From positions 1 through 53,235 of IMG/VR virus record IMGVR_UViG_3300025083_000044: 53,235 bases of DNA; one strand, 5' to 3'. Positions 27,913 through 38,685 of this stretch are shown in pieces (positions within the stretch are counted from its first letter, which is position 1; every line of letters begins with the position of its first letter). The stretch is from a virus (Duplodnaviria; Caudoviricetes). A program made the translations under genes and the position numbers. The notes beneath the pieces were generated by a model. It had not been told where the DNA came from. It did no database searches and saw nothing but the letters and a program-made list of their open reading frames with translations.

Positions 27913-29790
27913 ATGGGTTTACAAAAAACATTATTCAAACCAGGGATAAACAGAGAGGGAACTGATTATAGTAACGAAGGCGGTTGGTTTGATATTAATC
28001 TTGTAAGATTTAGAAAGGGCTTACCAGAAAAATTTGGCGGTTGGGCAAAAAACAATTTAAATATTTTTTTAGGAACTTGTAGAGCTTTGCATTCTTGGGT
28101 TTCTTTAGGCGGAACAAAATTTTTAGGATTAGGAACAACATTTAAATACTATATAGAAGAAGGATCTACATTTAATGATATTACCCCAATAAGATCTACG
28201 ACTAGCGCTGGAGATGTTACCTTTTCTGCTTCTAATGGCGATGCGACAATTACTGTTGCTGATACAGCCCATGGAGCAGTTGCCAATGATTTCGTAACTT
28301 TTTCTGGAGCAGCGTCTCTTGGCGGCAATATTACTGCTACCGTACTTAATCAAGAATACCAAATAGCGACAATCGTAAATGCTAACTCTTATACAATAGA
28401 AGCCAAGAATACTAGCGGAGCTACTGTAACAGCTAGCGCAAGTGACAGCGGTAACGGAGGTGGTTCTACGGTTGGAACTTATCAAATAAATGTAGGTCTT
28501 GATGTTTATGTTCCTGGAACTGGGTGGGGGTTAAATGGTTGGGGCGAAGGAACTTTTGGTTCTGTTACTGCTTTATCTGTTACCAACCAGTTAAGACTCT
28601 GGACTCATGATAACTTTGGCGAAAACTTAATTATAAATGTTAGGGGTGGCGGCATTTATCAATGGACTGAGAACAATGGGGTTACAACAAGAGCTGTTGA
28701 TATGTCTGGAATAGCTGGCGCTAATTTAGTGCCTACAGTTGGTTTACAAGTTATTACTTCAGAAATTGACAGACATTTAATTGTTTTAGGCGCTGATCCA
28801 ATTAATGATGCAGGTTCAGCTAGAACAGGAACAGTTGATCCTATGTTAATTGCTTTTAGCGATCAAGAAAACAATTTAGACTTTGAACCAACAATTACCA
28901 ATACTGCTGGGTCTTTAAGATTATCTTCTGGCTCTTCAATTATTGGGGCTGTTAAATCAAGACAAGAGGTATTGGTTTGGACTGATACTGCTTTATACAG
29001 CATGCAGTTTGTTGGACCGCCGTTTACATTTTCAGTTAACTTAATTAACGAGGGTACTGGCTTGGTAGGGCCAAAAGCTGCAACAACAGCTACTTCTGCT
29101 GTTTACTGGATGGGCTACAACAACTTTTACGCTTATAACGGTAGCGTACAAACTTTGCCTTGCAGCGTTCATAATTACGTATTCAACGATATTAACCTTA
29201 CGCAATCTTTTAAAGTTAACGCTTTTACAATTGCTGATAAAAATGAAGTGGGTTGGTTCTACTGCTCTGCTTCAAGCAACGAAATAGACAGATATATTAT
29301 TTATAATTATGCAGAACAAACTTGGGTGTATGGTCAACTTAGCAGAACGGCTTGGCTAGACGCTGGTATAGAGAACTATCCTAGAGCTGTAAGTAGTGGT
29401 TATCTGTATCAACAAGAACTAGGCTTTGACGATGATGGCTCGCCGATGACAAATGTGTTTATTGAAAGCTCTGACTTTGATATAGGTGATGGCGAACAGT
29501 TTACTTTTATTAGAAGAATCATACCCGACTTTAAATTTATTCAAAATGACAACGAGAATGGCTCAGTCAATATTGTTGTTAAAACAAGAAACTTTCCTGG
29601 AGATTCTTTAACAACCAACTCTACCAGCGCTATACAAGCCAGCACTCAGCAAGCTTACGTTAGAGGCCGAGCAAGACAAATGGTTCTTAGGTTTGAATCA
29701 AATGATGACGCTGAAAACAACGGTAATTTAGGAATTGGCTGGAGACTCGGCGCAACAAGAATAGATATCAGAACTGACGGAAGGAGATGA
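27913..29790 (+). CDS. tail nozzle/DNA stabilisation protein (P22 gp10-like)
   Basis: KPGINRE...VRFRKGLPEKFGGW; beta-propeller-like repeats; precedes internal proteins. Confidence 0.7.
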   Translation: MGLQKTLFKPGINREGTDYSNEGGWFDINLVRFRKGLPEKFGGWAKNNLNIFLGTCRALHSWVSLGGTKFLGLGTTFKYYIEEGSTFNDITPIRSTTSAGDVTFSASNGDATITVADTAHGAVANDFVTFSGAASLGGNITATVLNQEYQIATIVNANSYTIEAKNTSGATVTASASDSGNGGGSTVGTYQINVGLDVYVPGTGWGLNGWGEGTFGSVTALSVTNQLRLWTHDNFGENLIINVRGGGIYQWTENNGVTTRAVDMSGIAGANLVPTVGLQVITSEIDRHLIVLGADPINDAGSARTGTVDPMLIAFSDQENNLDFEPTITNTAGSLRLSSGSSIIGAVKSRQEVLVWTDTALYSMQFVGPPFTFSVNLINEGTGLVGPKAATTATSAVYWMGYNNFYAYNGSVQTLPCSVHNYVFNDINLTQSFKVNAFTIADKNEVGWFYCSASSNEIDRYIIYNYAEQTWVYGQLSRTAWLDAGIENYPRAVSSGYLYQQELGFDDDGSPMTNVFIESSDFDIGDGEQFTFIRRIIPDFKFIQNDNENGSVNIVVKTRNFPGDSLTTNSTSAIQASTQQAYVRGRARQMVLRFESNDDAENNGNLGIGWRLGATRIDIRTDGRR

Positions 29791-30116
29791 GCAAGCTACT
29801 TCCAACTCAGCTCCCGCAAGCGCAAGGAGAGGGCGTTACTTCTTCTACTTTTAATAGACTTATAAGAATTTTAGAGATAAACTTAGGAGCAGTAGACCCT
29901 GATAATACTTTGCAATTATCAACTACTCAACGTGATAAGTTAAATTTTAATCTTGGCACGCTAATCTTTAATACAACAACCCAAGTGTTGCAAGTATTTA
30001 ACGGGACTGAGTTTATTGATTTAATGAATGAACCCAATCCTCAAGGATACGAAGCCCAAGGTTTACTGGGTAGTATTTCGGTAAAAACAAACGGAAATAT
30101 TACAATAACCTTGTAA
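29787..30116 (+). CDS. small tail-associated protein
   Basis: GTLIFNTTTQVLQVFNGTEF motif; coupled to nozzle gene. Confidence 0.6.
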   Translation: MSKLLPTQLPQAQGEGVTSSTFNRLIRILEINLGAVDPDNTLQLSTTQRDKLNFNLGTLIFNTTTQVLQVFNGTEFIDLMNEPNPQGYEAQGLLGSISVKTNGNITITL

Positions 30117-30132
30117 AATGATAATATAACAT

Positions 30133-31557
30133 ATGGAACAAGGTATGCTAAACAACGGACAGAGAAAGCAACTAGAAGGAATTGCAGCTTTAGGCAGAAA
30201 CGAAGATACTTATTTGGCTCACGTGGCGCCAGATGAGATGATCGTCCCAGCTCAAGCTTTACGCGATAACCCACTTTTAAAACAAGCAATTCAAAAATCT
30301 ATTTCTAAGTATGGGATTGATCCTAATCAATTCTTAGTTGGAAATGGCAGTATGGATTTAAACCCTTTAACGGGTCTACCAGAGTTTGGATTTTTATCTA
30401 AAATTTGGAAAAAAGCTAAAAAGATAGTTAAAAAAGTTGCTCCTGTAGCGGTTAATTTTATTCCTGGCGTTGGCCCTTTAGCTAAAGCAGCCTTAACAAC
30501 AGTTGCTGGTAAAGCTTCGGGTTTATCAACCAAAGAAGCTTTGTTAGGTGGCGCTTTAAGTTACGGAGGTAGCAAGCTATTTGGAGGAACTCCAGGTACA
30601 GCTACTTCAAAAGGCGGTAGTCTTTTTACAGGTGGTGGCGCTGACGGTATAGGCAGATTTGGTAAAGTGGGAGATTTTTTCGGCAACGTAAGAAAAGGTA
30701 TTGGCAGTCTGTTTGGCGGACCTCAAGTTCCAGAAGGATTACAAATGGGTGCAGACGGCATGTATGTAGATGCCGCTGGAAACACTTACGATTATCAACA
30801 GTTAGTTGATATGGGCGTGATGGATCGATCTGGAAATATAATTAATACGCCTCAAGCTGATTTAAGCAACAGAGGTGGATTTTTAGATACAGTTAAAAAT
30901 GTAATTCGACCAGACCAACCAGGTCAAAGTCAGTTAGGTCTTATTGAAGATATGATTAAAGGAAAGACTTCAGATCCTGTAAGAGCAGGTGGAGGATTTT
31001 TAGGCGGCTCTCCAGGTCAAGGCGGGGGCGGTAACGCTTTTAGCGGACTGATGGGCGGATTAACAAGTCCGATGGGTCTAGCTGGATTAACAGGACTAGC
31101 AGCATATATGGCGGCCAAGAAAGAAGAGGGTGGCTTGTCAGAAACTCCTAAAGTAACGATGGATCAACTGGGTAGATACCAAATGGCTCAAAACTTAGGA
31201 ACAGGCGGTAGTAGAGCAGACTTCGGTTTAGCTCCTGCACCTGTAGCTTTAGAGTTTGCTAACGGCGGTGAGGCTAGACAATATTTTAATCAAGGCGGTT
31301 TAGCAACGATGATTGGTGAACTAGATATGAGAGACGGCGGTGAATCTGCTGGACCAGGTACTGGAACTTCAGATGATATACCAGCGATGTTAAGTGATGG
31401 TGAATTTGTAATGACTGCCAAAGCTACACGCGGAGCTGGAGCATTTGACGTTAACAAAACCAAATCTGGTATCGAGCTTATTAAAGGTGGCAGCGCTTCA
31501 CGTGAAGAAGGCGTAAAAAATATGCGCGAGTTAATGAATATTTTTGAGGCAATATAA
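30133..31557 (+). CDS. internal virion/ejection protein
   Basis: LNPLTGLPEF, amphipathic helix, G-rich body, GPGTGTSDDIPAMLSDGEFV. Confidence 0.7.
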   Translation: MEQGMLNNGQRKQLEGIAALGRNEDTYLAHVAPDEMIVPAQALRDNPLLKQAIQKSISKYGIDPNQFLVGNGSMDLNPLTGLPEFGFLSKIWKKAKKIVKKVAPVAVNFIPGVGPLAKAALTTVAGKASGLSTKEALLGGALSYGGSKLFGGTPGTATSKGGSLFTGGGADGIGRFGKVGDFFGNVRKGIGSLFGGPQVPEGLQMGADGMYVDAAGNTYDYQQLVDMGVMDRSGNIINTPQADLSNRGGFLDTVKNVIRPDQPGQSQLGLIEDMIKGKTSDPVRAGGGFLGGSPGQGGGGNAFSGLMGGLTSPMGLAGLTGLAAYMAAKKEEGGLSETPKVTMDQLGRYQMAQNLGTGGSRADFGLAPAPVALEFANGGEARQYFNQGGLATMIGELDMRDGGESAGPGTGTSDDIPAMLSDGEFVMTAKATRGAGAFDVNKTKSGIELIKGGSASREEGVKNMRELMNIFEAI

Positions 31558-33137
31558 TGGCAACGACCGTTGATCCTATTTTATCTGGAATAGACAGAAC
31601 TGAAGTTATTTCAGATCCTGCGTTAAGAGAGCTATATTTTGGCTCTACTGATACGCCAGGTTTAATTAATCAAGCAACAAGAGCCGCTCAAAAAGCTTAT
31701 TTAGATCAACCTGCTATTTTACAAGAAACAGCTGGCTTAACAGCGCAAGAGCAACAAGCAAGACAACTTGCTCAATCTGGTATTGGTTCTTATCAACCAT
31801 TTTTAGATAGACAGAGAGGTTTAATAGAGCAAGGTATATCTGATTTAGGTACGCAAAGAGGTTTGTTAGATGAGTCTTTAGGTGGTTATAGAGCCGCTTA
31901 CGGCATGCAACAACCTTACTTTGGACAAGCTGAAGGACAATTAGGAGCGGGGCTTGGCGGTCTTTTTGGCAGTTTAGGTTTTGGCGGGCCATCAGCTAGA
32001 CAGCTTCTTGGTCAATCTTTACAAGGTTACGATCCAAGAATGGCAGGCCAGTTCTACAATCCATTTGAACAACAAGTTGTTGACCAAACAATTCAAGACG
32101 TTCTAAAAGCTGGAGAAATGCAGGACATCCAACAAAGGGCATCTGATATTTCTCGAGGTGGCGAATCAGCGTTTGGCTCAAGAGCTAGGTTAACAGCTCA
32201 AGAAAGACAAGAATCTTTAGGTAGAGGTTTAGGCGACGTATTAAGCAAAATTAGATCTGGCGGATTTAATACTGCTCAAGAAAGAGCATTACAAGAATTA
32301 CAAAATCAAAGATCAGCAGCTCAAAGAGGGGCTCAGCTAGAGGCTGGGTTTGGAGCGCAAGGATCTGAAGCTCAAAGACAATACGCTCAAGATCTACTTG
32401 GTTTAGGTCAAGGCAGATCAGCAGCAGCAAGACAGCTGGCTGGAGATATCTCTGGCGTAGGTACTGGGATTGCTGGAATAGGAGCTAACTTAGCAGGATA
32501 TGGAAGTTCTTTAGGTCAGCTAGGCGAAACTCAACAAAGATTAAGAGGGTTAGACGTTGCTCAGTTAGAAAACTTGGGTGCGACTGAAAGGGGTATTGAA
32601 CAACAAAGATTAAATAATCAGTATGCTCAACAACTTGAACAAAGACAATCTCCATTGTTGGCCGCTCAGTTTGTACAAGGCTTTGCTCCTCAGTATCAAG
32701 CAAGCAAAACTCAAGTGGGTAAAACTTACGGCATGCCTGTTGATCCTTTATCGCAAGGACTAGGAGCGGCGTTAAGTGCATATCAAGCGTTAAAACCGCC
32801 GATGCAGTATCAGCAACCTCAGTACAACCCACCACAATCAAATCAGCCTGCTCAAACTAGCGGAAATAATCAAGCATATTTTAGTCCAGATATTTACAAC
32901 CCGCAGTCTTCTTTATATCAATCTCCAAATATTAATGCCTCGACTCCAGCTGGACAACAACAAATTTTAGCTGGCGGACAATTTGCAGGACAGATGGGTC
33001 CTCCAAACCCAATTAATCTACCTAACACTTTGCCAGCCCAAACATACGGGCCATATGGTATAGGACAAGCTCCAACTTTTAATCCTAATAACCTAGGCGC
33101 TAATCTACCTTACAACCCATTCGGACCAAGAAGCTAA
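31557..33137 (+). CDS. internal virion/DNA injection protein
   Basis: Q/G/A-rich helical protein, FYNPFEQQVVD and AFGSR motifs. Confidence 0.7.
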   Translation: MATTVDPILSGIDRTEVISDPALRELYFGSTDTPGLINQATRAAQKAYLDQPAILQETAGLTAQEQQARQLAQSGIGSYQPFLDRQRGLIEQGISDLGTQRGLLDESLGGYRAAYGMQQPYFGQAEGQLGAGLGGLFGSLGFGGPSARQLLGQSLQGYDPRMAGQFYNPFEQQVVDQTIQDVLKAGEMQDIQQRASDISRGGESAFGSRARLTAQERQESLGRGLGDVLSKIRSGGFNTAQERALQELQNQRSAAQRGAQLEAGFGAQGSEAQRQYAQDLLGLGQGRSAAARQLAGDISGVGTGIAGIGANLAGYGSSLGQLGETQQRLRGLDVAQLENLGATERGIEQQRLNNQYAQQLEQRQSPLLAAQFVQGFAPQYQASKTQVGKTYGMPVDPLSQGLGAALSAYQALKPPMQYQQPQYNPPQSNQPAQTSGNNQAYFSPDIYNPQSSLYQSPNINASTPAGQQQILAGGQFAGQMGPPNPINLPNTLPAQTYGPYGIGQAPTFNPNNLGANLPYNPFGPRS

Positions 33138-34667
33138 ATGAATGTATTACAAAGAAAAATGTTTGCAACAGGAGATGTTGCCACCAACCCTTTTGTTGAT
33201 TCGTATGACGAGTTTCAACCGTATGAATTAGATTTTAATATTGAGCCAAAAGGCGAAGGATATGTAGCTATTCAAAGAAATCCAAGAGGAGAGGTGGTCA
33301 AGGAAACCCCAATCAATCTTGCTCTTTCTGCTAAAAGAGATCCTGTTGAGGCTTTTCAAGTGCAAACAAAAAACGAGGGTTTAAGGGCTGTCAAAGAAGC
33401 AGGTTTAGGAATTGCAGGTTTAGCTGGGGGAAGAGGTGCTTTAACATATGCTGGCAAAAAAATTGCTCCATATATTACTCAAGCAGTTACTTCAAATAGA
33501 TTTTTAAATCCTTTTACTTCAGTTAAAAAACCTGGAGTAGCAGTACCTGGAAAGAAAGGGTTTCAAAGCTTAGACCCAACAAAACTTTCATCTTTTAACG
33601 TAGGTATAAAACCTGGCGCTAAATATGGTTTTTTAGGAGCATTAGGTTTTGGCGGTTTAACAGCGGCTCAAACAACTGAAGAAGAAGTTGCCGAAGAATT
33701 AAAAAAGTTAGAAGAAAAAAGCTCTACAGAAACACAAGAGAAAAAAGATAAAGTAGCGCCCGATCCATATATGGGTGGTATTTCAGATGAAGAGATAGAC
33801 GCTGTTATTGGAGCTGATACAGATGCTGTTACAGAAGCAATGGCGAAAGCTGATTACGACGTAGAATATGCTGAAACAGTAAGAGACTCAATAACTGATT
33901 TTCAAGATCGTTATATGGACAATAAAAATATGGATAGATTCCTTAGAAATATTGGCAAAAGTCTTGTTGAAGAAGGCAGATTTACTGGAATTGCAACAGG
34001 TGCTGTAGCTGCGGCCGACGAAAGAGAAGCTGAAAGAATCTTGGAAGCAGAAAGAGAAGCTGATATAAGTTTAGCAAGCGCCAAAGCAGGATTGAAGGAC
34101 AAACCAAGCTCAAAAGTTATTACTGATTATAAAATAGATTTGGCAGCTTCTGCAGCAGATGTTGAGCAATCTGAATTAACAGGTCAACTATTAGACCAAG
34201 TTGAAGGGATTATTACAACAAAAGACATTACGGGCTTTTCCCCAATATTACAAAGCGTTTATAAAAAAGCGTTAGGTTTTGCAGGCGTTCAAAGCCCTCT
34301 TGATCCAAGAGAAAGAGCAATTGTTTTATTAGAACAAATTGCTAACGGAAATATCAAAACCATTACAGGCGAAAGCGGAAGAACAATTTCAAACGTAGAT
34401 AGGCAAATAGCTCAAAAACTTATTGGAGATTTAAAAAATCCATTGACAAGAGAGGATGAAATTTTAGGAAATTTAAGATCTCAGCAAATTAATGTTTCCC
34501 AAAGAAGAAATGCTGCTTTTAGTAAATATAGAGTTCTTGCTGAGTTTTTCCAAGAGCAAGGATTGCCAGTTCCTGTTGGAATACAAGGCTATGACACATC
34601 TTCTATATTTGGTCAAAAAGGATCTAAAGTTATTACTTTAGACATGGATGGAAATAAAATATCGTGA
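33138..34667 (+). CDS. internal virion protein
   Basis: position in ejection cluster; MNVLQRKMF N-terminus. Confidence 0.6.
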   Translation: MNVLQRKMFATGDVATNPFVDSYDEFQPYELDFNIEPKGEGYVAIQRNPRGEVVKETPINLALSAKRDPVEAFQVQTKNEGLRAVKEAGLGIAGLAGGRGALTYAGKKIAPYITQAVTSNRFLNPFTSVKKPGVAVPGKKGFQSLDPTKLSSFNVGIKPGAKYGFLGALGFGGLTAAQTTEEEVAEELKKLEEKSSTETQEKKDKVAPDPYMGGISDEEIDAVIGADTDAVTEAMAKADYDVEYAETVRDSITDFQDRYMDNKNMDRFLRNIGKSLVEEGRFTGIATGAVAAADEREAERILEAEREADISLASAKAGLKDKPSSKVITDYKIDLAASAADVEQSELTGQLLDQVEGIITTKDITGFSPILQSVYKKALGFAGVQSPLDPRERAIVLLEQIANGNIKTITGESGRTISNVDRQIAQKLIGDLKNPLTREDEILGNLRSQQINVSQRRNAAFSKYRVLAEFFQEQGLPVPVGIQGYDTSSIFGQKGSKVITLDMDGNKIS

Positions 34668-37600
34668 TATACAAAATAAAGACTCCTGATGGAAGATTTA
34701 TTGAAGTCGAGGGAGAAGAAGGTCAAGAAGCAAAAGCTATAGAGGCCGTTAGAAAATATCTAGCAAACGAAACTGTATCTAGCGATTTTGACGCAGAAAA
34801 TTTTGATTATCAAACAGGTGTAGACGCACCAGGTTTACGAGCTCAGCTAGACTTAGCTGAAACAGTTGAAGAAAAAGAACTTGTTTTAACCAATAGAGTT
34901 GGTAGCCAAGGCTTTACTAGGGATTCATCTGGAAACTTTGCGCTTACGCCAAGTGGTTTAAAAAGACTTGGTATAAGAGGTGGTAGCGATAAAAACATTA
35001 TTATTGATGAGTCAGGTCTTGCTAAAGGAGACTTTGCGGATTTGGCTGGAATTGTTGGCCCTATCGCAGGTGCTGTTGCTGCCTTGTCACCACATGGCAG
35101 AGCTTTAAGATTATTAAAAAATGTTTTTAAGAATGACAGAATATCTAGAACTGTTGCATCTGCTCTTGGTACAGCTGGTGGTAAAGGTGTTGAAGAGGCT
35201 GGAGAGTTGGCTGTTGGATTGCAAAGACAATCTGCTGGCGAAGTAGCAGAAGATTTAGCGTATGAAGCGGCAATAGGTGGTATATCTCAAGGTTTATTTG
35301 AGGTGGGTGGTATGGCTTTGCATGGTCTTCTAGGTAGAAAAGCACCAATTATAGATGTAGATATATCTAGAGCTATTGCTCAAGGTGCAGATCCTTCAGA
35401 GTTAGTAACCTTGGCAAAAAATTTAGGCAGAACTCCTACATTTAAAGATGTACAAGAAGCTCAAAAAAATAAAATTATCGAAACATTTACTCCTGCAGCA
35501 GTATCTCAAAGAGCTTTAGGTAGATCTATTCCAGGTCGAGTTCAAGCAGCGGCCGAAACTGTATTTGGTAGAAAGGAAAGAGATGAAAAATTAATTGAAT
35601 ATGGCAACCAAAGACTGCAAAAATTTTTAGAAAAATTAAACGCTCAAGATTTAACTTTAGAAAACTTTGAAGCTGGAATAACCGCAGGAAGATTAACAAG
35701 CGCTCAAGTAGATGATTATATAAAAAATCTTTCTAGAGACTCAGATGTTGCTAATAAAGAGCTGAGAGAAGTTATTAATAATTCTGTTAAAGCTATTGAT
35801 GAGGGTGCTTTTTCGGGCAGCCCAGATTCAGCAGCAACTGGAAGATTGATAAGAGATCAATTAAAAGAAGCCTACGAACAGGGTGTAATTAAACCATTCC
35901 AAAGAAGAGAAAGAAATATTGATACTTTTTTACAAAAAAAAGGATTGGATGCAGTATATGGACAAATAGGAATTAAATTAAATAGTTTAGAAAGATATGT
36001 AGATAACTTGGTTAAAAAAAATCCAACCATAGACAAAATATTGGCAGATGAAATATCTGCATCCCCCATAAAAGTTATTAAGGATGTTATTAAAGAAGCT
36101 AAAAAAGATGGGGGAGGCCTATCAATAGAAGCTTTAAATAGCGTGCGAGGAGCTTTGCTAACAATTGACAGAGCTAAAGGAGCTTTCTCTGGTAAACAAG
36201 GATACTATTTAAAACAAACCTTAGATGAAATAGATAAAATATTTGACGATTTAGCAAGCGGAAATAGTTTTGTTGCAGATATGATAAAAGTTGGTCCAAG
36301 AAGACAGCAAAAAGCTGCAATTAAAAATGTAACCAAAGCAGCTCAAATGATTAGAGGCTACAACGCAGATTATAAAGCAGCAGTTCAAGCATTTAACGAT
36401 CCTGTTATTGCTAAAATTACACATGATGCGGCTAGAGGTGCTTTTGACGTAGATACAATTTTTAATCAAGTTGTTAAAAATAATAGACCAGAATTAATTA
36501 ATAAAGTTATAAACGCTTTGCCTAGCGAAGCTGAAAAAAAACTTGTTCTAGAAGGATTAAGGGAAAACATTATTAAAAACGCAGTTAGAGATTCTATAGA
36601 TATAACAACCAATGAAATAAATCCTGTATTCTTTGCTAAACATTTTGGAAAACTTGGTAGTACCGCAGACGTTATATTTAAAGACATACCAAATTTTAAA
36701 AGCACAATAGATGATTTTTTAAAAATTAATACTAACTTTAAGGCTGAAAAATTAGCTAGAATATCAGCAGATTTAAACTCTAAAGAATTTACCCAAGCTT
36801 TAAAAAGATTTACTGACGCTGAAAATGAACTCGCGATAGCAAACTCAGACAGATTTTTAACTAGAGTGTCTAGCGCAAGTCCAGATGAGGTGGTTGGAAC
36901 TTTGTTTAGAAATGGCCAAGCAGAAAATATTTCTAAAATGAAAAAAATATTAGAAAACGATCCAGATACATTTCAAAAAATTCAACAAGAAGGCATGCGT
37001 GATTTGATGAGGTTAACTTCTGGACCTGGTACAAGAGTAGATGAGGTATTTGATCCGAATGCTTTAGAGAGAGCTTTAAACTCTAAGGGCGATAACGTCC
37101 TTAATGAAATGTTTGGCAAAGAAACCACTCAAAGTTTAAGAGCCTTAGTTAGAGATTTAAGAGTAATGACAGAACCAGAAAAAGGTGGAGCTGGTACTTT
37201 AATTGCTGGAGCAATTGCTGTTAACGCTTTTAATCTAGCAATGCTACCGACTGTAGCAAAATTAGGAGTTATTGGTATGGTTATGAGACAACCATCGGTT
37301 GTTAGAAAATTAGCTAAATCAGACGCTGAAAGTGTGAATGTTGTTTATCAAGCTTTTAAAGATGCTGTTAGATTATACGCTCCAATGCAACTAACTGGAG
37401 ATGTAGTTGGGGGTCTTAGAGATGTTGGATCAGTCGCAGCTGAAGAAATAAGTCAACTAACCGAAGACTCTAATCTAGGAGCCATATCACAACAATTAGG
37501 CACAGAACTTCAAACCACAAATCGCACACTCCCTAGACTTCCAAATTTAACAACATCCGCACAATTGCCACAAGTACAACCTGTTGCAGGCGGGATTATG

Positions 37601-37669
37601 AGCCCTAGCATTTTAGGATATAACAGAGCAAACGAAGACATAGCTAGAAGATTCTCAAACACGGTCTAA
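34664..37669 (+). CDS. large internal virion/ejection protein
   Basis: 1001-aa helical protein, last gene of the structural arm. Confidence 0.65.
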   Translation: MIYKIKTPDGRFIEVEGEEGQEAKAIEAVRKYLANETVSSDFDAENFDYQTGVDAPGLRAQLDLAETVEEKELVLTNRVGSQGFTRDSSGNFALTPSGLKRLGIRGGSDKNIIIDESGLAKGDFADLAGIVGPIAGAVAALSPHGRALRLLKNVFKNDRISRTVASALGTAGGKGVEEAGELAVGLQRQSAGEVAEDLAYEAAIGGISQGLFEVGGMALHGLLGRKAPIIDVDISRAIAQGADPSELVTLAKNLGRTPTFKDVQEAQKNKIIETFTPAAVSQRALGRSIPGRVQAAAETVFGRKERDEKLIEYGNQRLQKFLEKLNAQDLTLENFEAGITAGRLTSAQVDDYIKNLSRDSDVANKELREVINNSVKAIDEGAFSGSPDSAATGRLIRDQLKEAYEQGVIKPFQRRERNIDTFLQKKGLDAVYGQIGIKLNSLERYVDNLVKKNPTIDKILADEISASPIKVIKDVIKEAKKDGGGLSIEALNSVRGALLTIDRAKGAFSGKQGYYLKQTLDEIDKIFDDLASGNSFVADMIKVGPRRQQKAAIKNVTKAAQMIRGYNADYKAAVQAFNDPVIAKITHDAARGAFDVDTIFNQVVKNNRPELINKVINALPSEAEKKLVLEGLRENIIKNAVRDSIDITTNEINPVFFAKHFGKLGSTADVIFKDIPNFKSTIDDFLKINTNFKAEKLARISADLNSKEFTQALKRFTDAENELAIANSDRFLTRVSSASPDEVVGTLFRNGQAENISKMKKILENDPDTFQKIQQEGMRDLMRLTSGPGTRVDEVFDPNALERALNSKGDNVLNEMFGKETTQSLRALVRDLRVMTEPEKGGAGTLIAGAIAVNAFNLAMLPTVAKLGVIGMVMRQPSVVRKLAKSDAESVNVVYQAFKDAVRLYAPMQLTGDVVGGLRDVGSVAAEEISQLTEDSNLGAISQQLGTELQTTNRTLPRLPNLTTSAQLPQVQPVAGGIMSPSILGYNRANEDIARRFSNTV

Positions 37670-38079
37670 CCTTTAATTAAATAAAGATCCCAGTTATTTC
37701 TTAGCACTTCCAACCATTCTTCGATTGGCATAACTGTTACCTTATCGTTATCTTCGTCCCACTCTGGATTAATTGCATATAACGGAACGCAAACCCGAAT
37801 AGGCTTACGATTGTATTTAAAAATTAAAACAGGGATACGGCCTTCTGTCGCTTTGCAGACTTGATCCCACCACCCTTGTTGATACCAGTCTCCTTCCTTA
37901 TAAAACTTGCACTCTACGGCGTGATGAGGAATATTTATATCGCAAAGATCTTTAGATTGATATTGGTCTAGGTTACGCTTACAAACGTAGTCAATACCTT
38001 CAGATTCAAAAAACTCGTTTAATATTTTAGCAACGTCTCTTTCAAACGTCGCTCCCTTGGTTCTTGAGTTGATCGGCAT
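37666..38079 (-). CDS. Holliday junction resolvase (Hjc-like PD-(D/E)XK)
   Basis: SRTKGATFERDVA...D...AVECK...WWDQ. Confidence 0.8.
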   Translation of the reverse strand: MPINSRTKGATFERDVAKILNEFFESEGIDYVCKRNLDQYQSKDLCDINIPHHAVECKFYKEGDWYQQGWWDQVCKATEGRIPVLIFKYNRKPIRVCVPLYAINPEWDEDNDKVTVMPIEEWLEVLRNNWDLYLIKG

Positions 38080-38194
38080 TCTTCTTCTCCTTGATATCTC
38101 TTTCTTTCATTAGTAACTCTAGCTCATGCCAGCGGTACATTCTTTTATTTACATGATCCCAAAACCAACCTTTGTAACGGGCGGTGTTTTCCAT
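38042..38194 (-). CDS. 50-aa hypothetical protein (not in ORF track)
   Basis: MENTARYKGWFWDHVNKRMYRWHEL...; coupled to upstream stop; AAGGA RBS. Confidence 0.6.
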   Translation of the reverse strand: MENTARYKGWFWDHVNKRMYRWHELELLMKERDIKEKKNADQLKNQGSDV

Positions 38195-38685
38195 TATTTA
38201 TCCTTTTTGTAATTATTAACCAAACCCATTTCTTCTCTGTCAAAACCCAACGGGTGAGGCGATAAACACTCCAACTCATCCTTGTTAAAATGAATATAAG
38301 GTTCTGAATCTTCTTCATAAACAGGCTCTGCTATTGTACCAAATCTAACATCGTATATGTGATCTCTTTTCCAAGTATGACTGTAAACGCTATCTGTCAT
38401 TGCATAAACAATTACAAACGGCTGGTTGGTTGCTAAAGATAAAGCTGAACCCATCCTTAACTTACTGGCAGAAAGTAATAAAGTGTCATACTTTGTAATA
38501 CCAAAAGTTCTGCATTTTACTTCCAGCCAAAAAGAAACTTCTTTTGATTCACACCAATAATCTAGGCCATAACTAACTGGTAGCTTATGACACCTAACAT
38601 TCCAAAGTCCTTCTATAAAACCAGCAACACGCTCTTCGCGTTTTTGGTCGTTAATGTTTTCCATTTTTGGTTTTGGTTTATCCAT
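38194..38685 (-). CDS. PD-(D/E)XK nuclease-like protein (start refined)
   Basis: YGLDYW...WLEVKCR; GGGAG RBS before MDKPK. Confidence 0.6.
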   Translation of the reverse strand: MDKPKPKMENINDQKREERVAGFIEGLWNVRCHKLPVSYGLDYWCESKEVSFWLEVKCRTFGITKYDTLLLSASKLRMGSALSLATNQPFVIVYAMTDSVYSHTWKRDHIYDVRFGTIAEPVYEEDSEPYIHFNKDELECLSPHPLGFDREEMGLVNNYKKDK

